From NCBI GenBank assembly GCA_022448485.1, contig JAKUUI010000002.1, positions 18,761 to 82,760 on the forward strand: DNA of 64,000 nt, read 5' to 3'. Positions 55,099 to 64,000 of the stretch are shown here, piece by piece; the first letter of the stretch is position 1; each line of letters begins with the position of its first letter. The translations under genes were made by a program, and so were the position numbers. This stretch comes from SAR324 cluster bacterium. GTDB taxonomy: Bacteria > SAR324 > NAC60-12. Below the pieces are notes generated by a model. It saw only the letters and a list, made by a program, of their open reading frames with translations, was not told where the DNA came from and ran no database searches.

Positions 55099-56466
55099 TT
55101 ATCCTGAATCCGTGCTTGTAGAAATTGGTTCTGCTTCCAAAGAATTGGGTTGTGCACCTGTGATGCGGACAGCCAAAAGGTCTCCTACTTTTGTTGCGGA
55201 GTTGATTATGGAAACAGGGTGGTTGCCGCGTGTACGTCCGGTTGCAGTATTTTCTTTACGGTGATGCTTTCCTTCAATCAGAACTTCCTGGATGGAACCG
55301 ACCAGGGCTTCATTTTTTTTCTGAACTATTTCTTCTTGTGTTTCCAGCAATGTCCGGAGTCGCTCTGATTTCTCGTTTTCACTAAGGTGTTCAGGATATT
55401 CTGCAGCACGAGTTCCAGGACGCGACGAATATTTAAACGAGTAAATCAAATCGAAGCATACAGAACGTACTGCCTCCATTGTCATTTCAAACTCTTCCTC
55501 CGTTTCTCCGGGAAATCCCACAATCAAATCTGTCGAAAGCGTGGCCTCCGGTAGACGATCCCGCAGCAAGGCCACTTTTTCATAAAACGTTTCCATCGTG
55601 TACCAGCGCCTCATCCCGCGGAGAATACGATCCGATCCGGATTGCAGCGGAAGGTGTAGATGCTCACAAAGTGAGGGTAAGGTTACAAAGGCATCAGCCA
55701 ATACTGCATGAAAATCTTTCGGATGCGGAGAAATAAAACGCAGACGCTCCAAATTTTCAAGTTTGTCAAGGCGATGTAAAAGCTCAACAAAATCCACACC
55801 GTTTGCCTTGTATGAATTTACATTTTGACCCAGCAAACAAATTTCCTTGGTTCCAACTGAAATGAGCTGCTGAGCTTCTGCTAAAATATCTTCCGGTTCC
55901 CGGCTAACTTCTGGACCACGTGTAATTGGAACAACACAAAAAGAGCAATGATTGTTGCAGCCCTTAGTGATAGTCAAATGTGCTTTGATCCCGAAATGTC
56001 GAGCTTGCTGAAATGTATAGTTCGGAATAAAGTTGCGTATTTTTTGTCTGGGATGACGTTCTGTTTGGGAGATTTTTTGTCCTTGACTGACTTTATTGAG
56101 CATTTCCGGAAGCTCAAACAAATTGTCTGTTCCAAAGACAAAATCCACATTAGCTTCCCTCAGTAAAATGGACTCACCTTCCTGCTGTGCCACACAACCA
56201 CCGACACCGATTTTCAACTCAGGATTCACTGATTTGAGTTTCCTTAAACGCCCCAATTCGCTAAAAACCCTGTTTTCCGCTTTTTCACGGATTGAGCAAG
56301 TGTTGAGAATAATTAAATCTGCATCCTCCTGGTAATTTGTGTGGAAGTAATTTTCGTGTCTGAGTACTGCCAGCATTTTATCGGCGTCATATTCGTTCAT
56401 TTGACAACCGAAAGTTTGAATGTGAACTTTCTTCGCAGTGTCCTCGTTTTGGGAAGGTTCTTTCAT
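55099..56466 (-). CDS. miaB: tRNA-2-methylthio-N6-dimethylallyladenosine synthase
   Basis: 455 aa with N-terminal UPF0004 cysteines (FGCQMN...), the radical-SAM motif CNNHCSFC and a TRAM C-terminus. Confidence 0.92.
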   Translation of the reverse strand: MKEPSQNEDTAKKVHIQTFGCQMNEYDADKMLAVLRHENYFHTNYQEDADLIILNTCSIREKAENRVFSELGRLRKLKSVNPELKIGVGGCVAQQEGESILLREANVDFVFGTDNLFELPEMLNKVSQGQKISQTERHPRQKIRNFIPNYTFQQARHFGIKAHLTITKGCNNHCSFCVVPITRGPEVSREPEDILAEAQQLISVGTKEICLLGQNVNSYKANGVDFVELLHRLDKLENLERLRFISPHPKDFHAVLADAFVTLPSLCEHLHLPLQSGSDRILRGMRRWYTMETFYEKVALLRDRLPEATLSTDLIVGFPGETEEEFEMTMEAVRSVCFDLIYSFKYSSRPGTRAAEYPEHLSENEKSERLRTLLETQEEIVQKKNEALVGSIQEVLIEGKHHRKENTATGRTRGNHPVSIINSATKVGDLLAVRITGAQPNSLEAEPISTSTDSG

Positions 56467-56550
56467 TTTTAGTTGTACACTGAACGGTTTAAAATATATA
56501 AAGCTGTGCAGTAGTGATATGACGGTGAGTCATCGTGTTTGTCGTACATG

Positions 56551-56952
56551 CTAACTTGATTGAACGGCAGAGGCTTCCAGCACGGTCAGTCCAAGTTCTT
56601 CTGCACAAAATCCTTGTGCAACACTCCTGATGTCTTTTGGAAATTCCACAAAATAATCCTGACCGTTCCACTGCCAAAGGGTCTCATCAAGCTGCATTCC
56701 ATGAGCGGTAGGTTTGACAAACTCAAACCATTCATTCCTGTGGAGAACCTCAAATTTTTCTGCTAAATATTTTTTGCCGTTTGGTGCTGAAAACGCCAAT
56801 TTGGGATTATTCCGGATGGCGTCTTTTGCGGCAGCTGTAAAGGTCATGCGGAAATCAAACTTTCCCCACTGAAAATGTACGTATTGGCTTTTGTTACCGG
56901 TTTCAGCTTTGAAAATTTGGTAATTTTGATGATCAACCGAATAGTTTTTCAC
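56551..56952 (-). CDS. Hypothetical protein (133 aa) between miaB and miaA
   Basis: This is the only long ORF in the gap, on the same strand as its neighbours. I recognise no motif. Confidence 0.5.
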   Translation of the reverse strand: MKNYSVDHQNYQIFKAETGNKSQYVHFQWGKFDFRMTFTAAAKDAIRNNPKLAFSAPNGKKYLAEKFEVLHRNEWFEFVKPTAHGMQLDETLWQWNGQDYFVEFPKDIRSVAQGFCAEELGLTVLEASAVQSS

Positions 56953-57022
56953 GAAGGCTCTTTATTTTGTTTCTGTGACATCTAAGTTGAAATTAACTAC
57001 GTTATTCTCCCCCAAAAAGCAC

Positions 57023-57943
57023 CTATTTTTCAAGATAAACTTTGATTTTAGCCAAGATTGCGGCATCATTATCGGGTTGATACCATTCGATTTCAGCTTC
57101 TCTAGAGAACCATGTCATTTGTCGTTTGGCGTATTGGCGGGTACGTTTCTGAATTTCTTGAAGCAGAGGTTCCCACTCCAGCTTGTTTTGAAGGTACTGG
57201 ACAATTTCCCGATAACCAATCGCCTGCAGCGGCTTCAAATCCGGTGAATAACGAGACAGCAGCGATTCCACCTCAGCAATCCAACCGAACTCTAGCATTT
57301 TTCGGGTACGCTGATTTATACGTTCATAGAGTACGTGCCGTTCCCATTCCAGGGCAACTGCAAGAAACTGATAGCGTGCTTCCCCGAAGGGTTGCTGTAG
57401 TTGAAATGTTGATAATGTGGTTCCTGTGGCCAGCACTACTTCGAGGTTGCGCAAAATTCGTGCGGTGTCATTTTGATGAAGACGATCAGCACCTTGAGGA
57501 TCATGTTTTTGCAGTTGCTTCCAGCAGTAGGATGTACCGTGTTCCTCCTGCCAGCTCAGCACTTCTTTTCTCAGACTTTCCGGTATTTCCGGTATATTGC
57601 TGATCCCATACATCAGTGCACGGTAATACAATCCTGTGCCACCTACCACAATCGGGAGATGACTGCGTTCTTGAATTTGTTTTATTATTCGTGAAGTGTC
57701 CCGTTCGTATTGGCCAGCTGAATAATGTTCGTCAGGATCTATGAGATCTAATTGATGATGCTGGACCAGTTTTTGTTCTTTCAAAGTTGGTTTAGCAGTG
57801 CCAATATCCATCTGTCGGTAAACTTGCATCGAATCGGAACAAATTAGTTCTCCTTTAAATTCCTGTGCCAAACTGAGAGCCAAATTACTCTTGCCGCTAG
57901 CCGTTGGCCCAGCCACAACCACAATTTTTGGACACCTTTCCAT
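57023..57943 (-). CDS. miaA: tRNA dimethylallyltransferase
   Basis: 306 aa with the P-loop GPTASGKS and DSMQVYRQMDIGTAKP. Confidence 0.93.
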   Translation of the reverse strand: MERCPKIVVVAGPTASGKSNLALSLAQEFKGELICSDSMQVYRQMDIGTAKPTLKEQKLVQHHQLDLIDPDEHYSAGQYERDTSRIIKQIQERSHLPIVVGGTGLYYRALMYGISNIPEIPESLRKEVLSWQEEHGTSYCWKQLQKHDPQGADRLHQNDTARILRNLEVVLATGTTLSTFQLQQPFGEARYQFLAVALEWERHVLYERINQRTRKMLEFGWIAEVESLLSRYSPDLKPLQAIGYREIVQYLQNKLEWEPLLQEIQKRTRQYAKRQMTWFSREAEIEWYQPDNDAAILAKIKVYLEK

Positions 57944-58009
57944 TGATCATTAATTCTTTTTGTTTATCCAGGGAGACCGGATTAGCAGAGAATCCTTTAC
58001 AAAACGTAT

Positions 58010-58546
58010 TTACACTTCACAGACTTTTGTTCTGAGGAATATTTCTGCCTTAAATTCAGCACGAACCTGCAAAAAAAAATCATTGTAACGGCCATCCCGC
58101 AAATCAGGGAATGTCCACGGTAAATCTCGATATCCCCCCTTGTCTTTCAGCAAAACAAGATCTGCCCAAACACCATTGCGCAAATAAATTTTTTGCGGAC
58201 CTTCTTTTCCAGAAAGCAAAACCACACGTTGCAGATCAAGATAGCCTGGATCAAGGTTGATTCTTCTTTTTCCTGCACGGCTCAATCGGTTTTCGATTGC
58301 CAGCGTCCTGAGTTTCCAGTCAGCAGAGAATTCCGAGGCTTTGACACCTTCCATGCTTAAGAAACAGCGTTTCAGGCTGTTGCCCATTTCAGTGGCATAA
58401 TAATCCGTTTGGTCAAAAGGGAATTCTAGTGACTGGTGCTGGATATTCCATTCCAATTCACGCATTTGTACTTTGGCTTGCTCCAGCCATTGCGGATCAG
58501 AATAGAGAGCACCAACAATCAGTTTCGCAAAAGATTCTGTATTCAA
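58010..58546 (-). CDS. DUF4416-like protein
   Basis: 178 aa. FPFDQTDYYATEMG and INLDPGYL match my memory of the DUF4416 family. Confidence 0.5.
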   Translation of the reverse strand: MNTESFAKLIVGALYSDPQWLEQAKVQMRELEWNIQHQSLEFPFDQTDYYATEMGNSLKRCFLSMEGVKASEFSADWKLRTLAIENRLSRAGKRRINLDPGYLDLQRVVLLSGKEGPQKIYLRNGVWADLVLLKDKGGYRDLPWTFPDLRDGRYNDFFLQVRAEFKAEIFLRTKVCEV

Positions 58547-58788
58547 TTTGAGTTTTTAGAATTTGTAGTTCTGTTTCAGCATTTTAACCGATACAGAAGA
58601 ACTATGCTACTGTTTAGACTGCAGGAGATTTGGCTGATGGCCTCAACGATTATAAGTCCAAGTTTTTCAGCATTACTAAAATGAAGTTGACGGATTGGAT
58701 TGAGCAATCTGTCGGATTGTGATGTTATGGTGGCGCAAGAAATTCCCTCGCCTTTGGTCAATTTTTTGTAATGAATTCGATATGAAAT

Positions 58789-59596
58789 ATGATCCGCCCG
58801 TCCTATCCGAAGGCATTAGTGCTATACTTCGGTCAAGTTGGAAATTCTGGCCCGGATATGGTAGTACTGCATGGATTATTTTGTTCAGGCAAAAATTGGC
58901 GCAGTTTTGCACGGACGTTTGAAAAAAACTTTCAGGTCTGTACGTTGGACGCACGGAATCATAGTGGTCGCCTCTTGCGGCTTCAATGTGTTATCAGGAA
59001 ATGGCGGAAGATGTTGTTTCCTTTTTGGACGACAATGGACTGCAAAGAATCATTTTCATGGGTCACAGTCTGGGGGGTAAAACTGCAATGCAGTTTGCAG
59101 TGCAGTTTCCGGAAAGGGTCTCGTCTTTGATTATGGTTGATATTGCGCCTGTTCAATATAAACATCGCCAAAAGATTCTTGAACTAATAGAAGCAATGCA
59201 GGAACTTCAGTTGCCCACAAAAATGTCACGTTCTGAAATTGAAAAGAAGCTGGCACAGAAAATCCATGATACGCACATTCTTTCTTTTTTAATGACAAAT
59301 TTAATTTTTCAAAAAGGTGAATTCAAGTGGCTAATTGGTTTGGAGCAAATAACATTTAGAATGCCGGATCTCTTAAACACAATCGAGCTGGAAAGTTTAT
59401 ATTCAGGCCCAACTCTTTTCATTGGAGGAGCAAATTCGGATTATATTAAGCCTGAGTACTATTCGAGGATCAAGAAGTTTTTCCAGAGAGTAATGAAACG
59501 ATGCTAAAAAATTGCGTACATTGGCTGCATGTAGAACAACCCGAAGCTTTTCAAAAAACAGTTGCCGCATTTTTGCGGCAAAATGAGTTACCATGA
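58789..59596 (+). pseudogene. YbfF-like alpha/beta-hydrolase (esterase) gene interrupted by two single-nucleotide frameshifts
   Basis: Three frames together reconstitute one hydrolase:
- 58789 to about 58965 encodes ...PDMVVLHGLFCSGKNW...LDARNH.
- About 58965 to 59482 encodes SPLAASMCYQEMAEDV...FMGHSLGGK...FIGGANSDY.
- 59483..59596 encodes PESNETMLKNCVHWLHVEQPEAF...
Each shift is consistent with one missing base, in a GG run at 58966..58967 and in a T5 run at 59478..59482. The final-frame TGA overlaps the ATG of the next gene as ATGA. Confidence 0.7.
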
Positions 59597-60489
59597 AAAA
59601 CATGAAAAACAACTTAACCACATCACCTGCTAAGTCTCCGGAAGAATTGGAAATCCAAACTTCATCGTTGTGCATAGCTGCAAAATGCTGGGGGAATCCT
59701 GATGGTTTGCCGGTACTTGCCTTTCACGGCTGGCTGGACAATGCTGCAACCTTTGATCATTTAGCACCGCTGTTACCAGAGTTTCGGCTGGTCTCACTCG
59801 ACTTGCCGGGACATGGACTTTCAGATCATCGGGCATCCGGTACGTCATATCATTTCACAGATGCAGTTGTGGATGTGCTGGAAGTGCTGGATGTTTTGGG
59901 TTGGGAACGTTTTTCCTTGCTGGGACACTCAATGGGAGCAGGAATAGCTTCCTACCTGGCTGGTACAATTCCTGAAAAAATTAAATATGTTATGTTAATT
60001 GAAGGGCTGGGTTCGATCGCCCAAGAACCAGAGGAAATGCCCGAAAATTTACGGCAAGCGGCAAATCAATGGCTTCACCTCTCTGAGAAAAAATTGCCTT
60101 TTTATCAGGACATAGAAACCGCAGTGAAAGTACGTCTTGATGTGGGCGGCATCGCGGAGTCGTCTGTCAGGACATTGGTGGCTCGTGGACTGCAGCCTGC
60201 GGACGGAGGCTTCACCTGGCGTAGTGATCCTCGTTTGAAAATAAGGTCTCGCCATTATTTGACTGAGGAGCAGGCTCGTGCTTTTCTCCAGAAAATCACG
60301 GCTCCAGTTCTTTTAATTGAAGCAGAGAAAGCGGAGAAAGATCAATGGACAGAACTATTGCTTAAACGGATTCCTTACACAAAAACCCTGCGGCACCTTA
60401 CCATAGCCGGAGAACACCATTTGCATCTTGACGATCCGGAACCTGTAGCTGTGGCGATTCGTGAATTTATAAGCGATTTTTCAGTATGA
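59593..60489 (+). CDS. Alpha/beta-fold hydrolase
   Basis: 298 aa with LAFHGWLDNA and the nucleophile elbow GHSMGA. Confidence 0.8.
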   Translation: MKNMKNNLTTSPAKSPEELEIQTSSLCIAAKCWGNPDGLPVLAFHGWLDNAATFDHLAPLLPEFRLVSLDLPGHGLSDHRASGTSYHFTDAVVDVLEVLDVLGWERFSLLGHSMGAGIASYLAGTIPEKIKYVMLIEGLGSIAQEPEEMPENLRQAANQWLHLSEKKLPFYQDIETAVKVRLDVGGIAESSVRTLVARGLQPADGGFTWRSDPRLKIRSRHYLTEEQARAFLQKITAPVLLIEAEKAEKDQWTELLLKRIPYTKTLRHLTIAGEHHLHLDDPEPVAVAIREFISDFSV

Positions 60490-61307
60490 CCATGAATCCT
60501 GAATCAAAAACGGAAATTGAACCTCAGAAGCTGAAGAGTGACAATCGTTTGCAGGTCTCTTCCACCGGGAAGCGTTTGTTTGCCTTGTTGCTGGATTTTG
60601 TTTTCGCGCTGCTTCTGGCAAATACCTTAGTGCAAATTTTCCGGGAAGAGCACTGGGATTTAGTTATACAGTCCCGAGATTTGTCAGGTTTGTTTCCTTT
60701 TTATGGAAGCATCACATTTGTGCTGTTGTTTAAAGATATTTTTGGCCGTAGTCTTGGGAAACTCCTGGTGGGTATGACAATTCGTAAGATAGAAAACTTG
60801 GAACAGCGTCCACCATTCTTTGTACTTTTACAAAGGAACTTAATGCTGCTGCTTTTTCCTCTGGAGGGAATTGTGATCCTGCGGGATGGTTATGCCAGAC
60901 GTTTGGCGGACAAATGGTGGGGAACAGTGGTGCTTGATGACAAAAAAACAATGCGGGTGATCCTACGTATTTTGCTCGGCAACATCATTTTGTTTGGATT
61001 TTTTACATTGGCCATTTTATTTCAGCGTTCCGGCATTGAAAAAACAGCTGCATATCAAGTTGCAGAACAGGCAATTCGTTCCCATGAAGCATTAAAATTC
61101 TTGCTGAAGCAAGCTCCGGAAATTGGGGAACCGGAAATGCATCTAGATTTACGGGGAAATACTGAAAGCCCTTCACTTGTACGAGCCCGTGTTGGAAATG
61201 AGGAGACGGGAAGGGAGGTAATCGTTTCATTAATTTTCCGCAAAAATCCACCTCGCTGGGAAGTTCTTAAAATCGAAGTGAAACCCATTGGTGATGCAGA
61301 CGATTGA
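60486..61307 (+). CDS. RDD-family membrane protein with an extra C-terminal soluble domain
   Basis: 273 aa. The N-terminal GKRLFALLLDFVFALLL... is an RDD-like transmembrane region. A C-terminal domain of about 90 aa follows a further transmembrane span. Confidence 0.5.
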   Translation: MTMNPESKTEIEPQKLKSDNRLQVSSTGKRLFALLLDFVFALLLANTLVQIFREEHWDLVIQSRDLSGLFPFYGSITFVLLFKDIFGRSLGKLLVGMTIRKIENLEQRPPFFVLLQRNLMLLLFPLEGIVILRDGYARRLADKWWGTVVLDDKKTMRVILRILLGNIILFGFFTLAILFQRSGIEKTAAYQVAEQAIRSHEALKFLLKQAPEIGEPEMHLDLRGNTESPSLVRARVGNEETGREVIVSLIFRKNPPRWEVLKIEVKPIGDADD

Positions 61308-61326
61308 GGTAGTTAATGAGTGCTTA

Positions 61327-61770
61327 TTATCCTGTGCTTCCAAAGCCGTTTTCTCCGCGTATTGTTTCTTCAAGTGAGTCAACAGCTTCAACTCGGCATG
61401 TTACAAGTTTTCTCACTAGCATTTGTGCAATGCGTTGATGCAAAAGTTCTTCTGCGGCTTGCATTCCGTCACTGGAACCTACGAAGCGGAATGGGAGAAA
61501 GATGTGCCCCCGGTAGTCCGGATCAATGATTCCGACACTATTGGCCAAAAGGAAATCTGTTTTGATGATGCTGGAACGCGGCACTATTTCTACGTAATAT
61601 CCAGTACTTATGCGAATGGAAATTCCTGTGTCAAAAAAGAAAATATCCGGTCTTTTTTGCTCAACAGTCATAGCCGTCAAGTCAATGCCAGCATCTGTTT
61701 TGTGTCCCCTTTTGGGGATTGACATTCCGTCAAAATGGCAACAAATTTTTAACAGCGGTATAGATTCCAA
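61327..61770 (-). CDS. dut: dUTP diphosphatase
   Basis: 147 aa with DAGIDL, GIIDPDYRG and C-terminal RGENGFGSTG. Confidence 0.88.
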   Translation of the reverse strand: MESIPLLKICCHFDGMSIPKRGHKTDAGIDLTAMTVEQKRPDIFFFDTGISIRISTGYYVEIVPRSSIIKTDFLLANSVGIIDPDYRGHIFLPFRFVGSSDGMQAAEELLHQRIAQMLVRKLVTCRVEAVDSLEETIRGENGFGSTG

Positions 61771-61848
61771 AATTCTTTGAAATATGAAATTATGAAAATC
61801 ATTCTTAAGAGTCTATGAATTCTGAAAATATTCTTCAAGTTTTAACAA

Positions 61849-63150
61849 ATGCCACTTGATACAAAAACCATTCGCAGTTCACTACAACACGCAGCGCGTC
61901 CAGAACTGGCAGAAATTTTGGGAGAAGTGTGGAAGATGCCACTTCCTGAGTATGCAGCACTGCTCTGGAAAAAATCGGTTACGGCTCCACCTTTGGAAGC
62001 AGAATTGAGAAATGCTTTTGAAACTGAGTTTTGCAGAATGGGTTTTACAGAACAGGTTGCCGAGTCCTATTCTGCAGCACTGGAAAGAACCCGCGTTTTA
62101 CAGACGGCAACTCACCTGACGGCATCTGAAGGTCCAACTTTTCTGGCTCTACATCATTTGGCCTCGTTGGGATTGCCTCCGGAAGAAACTTATTTCGTCG
62201 GCTCGTATTCCGGTGTCCCGTTTGCAAATGCAGCCTGGTCAGGATGCTTGAATTTAAGCGATCGGTTTGAGTTGGAAGCAGTTATTTCTCAGCAAGCTCC
62301 TGGATTTGCCGAATTGAAACGCGCTGATACCGACCGTTCCCGTGATTCGAATGAAAGACGGATTTCGTTCATTCCGGGAAGTATGAGGGATGCCCGTGTC
62401 TATCAGAGCAGGGTTCCGGAAAAGCTGGTCAGTCTTCTACCATACATTGCAGAGCCGATTCGCAAAATTGCTCCTGATGTAAAAACCGGCGATGATTTTA
62501 CGGTGTGGGCCTCGCAGTTTAGTGCAAACCAACTGCGTCTAATCATTCCGGATAAATCAATAGTCTATTTTGATTTAAACGAGGTAATCCGTAATTATCT
62601 GATAGCAGTTTTGAAAAATTCACGTCATCCTCTTTTTCGTCTGTTGTTCGACCGAAAAATCCGCGAAACAGTGTTTGCTGAATTTTCTCGGGAGACTCCT
62701 CTTTTCACTATAGGAGTCCATCATAAAAACAAAGTAAGGCAGGAAGCAGTTGTTATTAAAGGTGACATACTGCAAAGTCAAAATTTTCAGCTTGAAGCTT
62801 CGCAGGAAAATATCATTAAAGAGCTGGAAACCGGCGCTCTCTGCCCGGGGTTATTTTTAACCTTCACTACATTAAGTTTTATTAACGGTCTGATTTGTTT
62901 CGGCAGTTTTGAGCAGGTCGAATATCTTTCAGAATTCCAGCGTAAGTGGTTAAAATTGGGCTTACTGGATCAAGAAATCGTTCGTGCGGTAAACACAAGA
63001 GCCCTTACCAGTGGACGATGCGTAGATGAGACAAGTGAAGGGGTGCATCCACTTGATTTATTGTTAGGTTTGGAATGGAGTTTTGCTGAAAACCAAACTG
63101 TGGCTGATCTGATGAAACCTTTATTGTTTCGTTTGGGAGTTGTAGTTTGA
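61849..63150 (+). CDS. Hypothetical protein (433 aa)
   Basis: A long ORF with no competing frame. I recognise no motif. Confidence 0.5.
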   Translation: MPLDTKTIRSSLQHAARPELAEILGEVWKMPLPEYAALLWKKSVTAPPLEAELRNAFETEFCRMGFTEQVAESYSAALERTRVLQTATHLTASEGPTFLALHHLASLGLPPEETYFVGSYSGVPFANAAWSGCLNLSDRFELEAVISQQAPGFAELKRADTDRSRDSNERRISFIPGSMRDARVYQSRVPEKLVSLLPYIAEPIRKIAPDVKTGDDFTVWASQFSANQLRLIIPDKSIVYFDLNEVIRNYLIAVLKNSRHPLFRLLFDRKIRETVFAEFSRETPLFTIGVHHKNKVRQEAVVIKGDILQSQNFQLEASQENIIKELETGALCPGLFLTFTTLSFINGLICFGSFEQVEYLSEFQRKWLKLGLLDQEIVRAVNTRALTSGRCVDETSEGVHPLDLLLGLEWSFAENQTVADLMKPLLFRLGVVV

Positions 63151-63353
63151 TGTTGATGCTCAGAAAAAGTTTGCTTTCTTTAGATTGATCTTGCTTTAAG
63201 TGGCTAATTCTCTTAGCTTTAAATGTGGATTTATTTATTGTGCCCATGATTTTTCTGGGTTCACAAGTTCATGAAGTCAAGCGTACTTAAGAAGGAAAGT
63301 AAAACACTTGCTTTATGTAAGACTTGCGACTCAATCTTTACCAACTAATTAAG

Positions 63354-64000
63354 ATGGATTTTTCAGCACTTCCTGTTCTCTCCCTCATTGTCTTCTCACC
63401 AATATTGGGCATTGCTTTGGCTGGTATGTTCAGGGACGAAGGTAATGGTATTCCCGCCAGAGTAGGCGCACTTCTCAGCAGCGGCATTACTTTTTTGCTG
63501 AGTTTACACCTCTGGTTTAATTTTGACTCCAGCACCGCAGACCTACAAATGGTAGAGCGCCTCCCGTGGATTCCTCAATTCAACATTGATTATTTTTTAG
63601 GATTGGATGGTCTAAATCTTTTCTTTTTTCTGATTATCAATTTCATCACTCCACTCACGTTGCTTGGTTCATGGAATGTAAAAAAACGTAACTGGCAGTT
63701 CCAAATTCAGATGCTGTTTTTGCAAATCGGAATGCTAGGTTGTTTTGCGGCAATGGATGTAGTGCTCTTTTATGTATTTTTTGAAGTGATGCTGGTTCCA
63801 ATGTATTTATTGATCGGCATTTGGGGTGGATCAAACCGGCTTTATGCAACCATTAAATTTTTTATTTACACAATGCTCGGTTCGCTGTTGATGCTCGTGT
63901 CTTTGCTTTATACTGCAAATATTTATCTGGATTTAAATGGAGAATGGTCTTTTAATGTTCTTGACTGGTACGGCATGGACATTCCTTCTGAAACGCAGTT
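63354..64000 (+). CDS. nuoM: NADH-quinone oxidoreductase subunit M (5' part; runs off the window)
   Basis: It is not in the ORF track because it has no stop in the window. The ATG 63354 frame is open to the end. MDFSALPVLSLIVFSPILG..., LPWIPQFNIDYFLGLDGLN... and FFEVMLVPMYLLIGIWGG match NuoM/ND4. Confidence 0.8.
   Translation, partial: MDFSALPVLSLIVFSPILGIALAGMFRDEGNGIPARVGALLSSGITFLLSLHLWFNFDSSTADLQMVERLPWIPQFNIDYFLGLDGLNLFFFLIINFITPLTLLGSWNVKKRNWQFQIQMLFLQIGMLGCFAAMDVVLFYVFFEVMLVPMYLLIGIWGGSNRLYATIKFFIYTMLGSLLMLVSLLYTANIYLDLNGEWSFNVLDWYGMDIPSETQ

Noticed and set aside
59472-59490. Possible programmed -1 ribosomal frameshift at G-TTT-TTC in the esterase gene.
   Set aside because: The gene needs a second, independent shift at about 58965, where there is no slippery sequence. 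I saw no obvious downstream stimulatory structure. Decay or homopolymer error is the simpler explanation.
1-64000. A search by eye for CRISPR repeats, tRNA/rRNA genes, IS elements, integrases, toxin-antitoxin pairs and known defence genes.
   Set aside because: None was found. The longest intergenic regions are only 374, 307 and 285 nt, none shows periodic repeats or cloverleaf-like structure, and every long ORF is accounted for by metabolic or housekeeping families.

Overview
This is a gene-dense 64-kb chromosomal segment, about 94% coding by my tally, with roughly 50 CDS. It comes from a moderately AT-rich Gram-negative bacterium, judged from an LptE-like lipoprotein, NuoM, a CIRCE element upstream of groESL and a sigma-54-type promoter. 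A delta-proteobacterium-like or SAR324-like lineage is only a low-confidence guess. I found no rRNA, tRNA, CRISPR array, transposase, integrase or recognisable defence system. All product calls rest on motif reading and memory of protein families; no database search was possible.

Layout:
1. 1..5385 holds a giant single-chain tandem-duplicated UvrA. It is missing from the ORF track only because it runs off the window.
2. 5.6..8.1 kb holds a dimethylglycine/sarcosine-dehydrogenase-type enzyme.
3. 8.1..14.5 kb holds a complete coenzyme F420 module, tetR-fno-cofE-cofD-cofC-fbiC.
4. 14.6..39.6 kb holds a multi-operon catabolic island. It has four parts:
   - An acyl-CoA ligase / hydrolase / LLM oxidoreductase / SDR / amidase / hydratase / MaoC operon, divergent from the F420 operon.
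   - An isochorismatase-family hydrolase.
   - A Liv-type ABC importer, an unknown membrane protein and hydantoinase A/B.
   - A convergent operon encoding a molybdenum hydroxylase, a 6-hydroxynicotinate-reductase-like protein, a UPF0280 protein and an 'amino acid synthesis' family protein.
5. 39.9..64 kb is housekeeping: dnaE, thrC-like plus an unknown PLP enzyme, ivd, hisI, lysS, groESL, dksA, an lptE-like gene, a FIST protein, miaB, miaA, a doubly frameshifted esterase gene, hydrolases, dut and nuoM.

The most interesting signal is the physical coupling of a self-contained F420 biosynthesis, recharge and user set to an N-heterocycle/amide degradation island whose core enzymes are uncharacterised.
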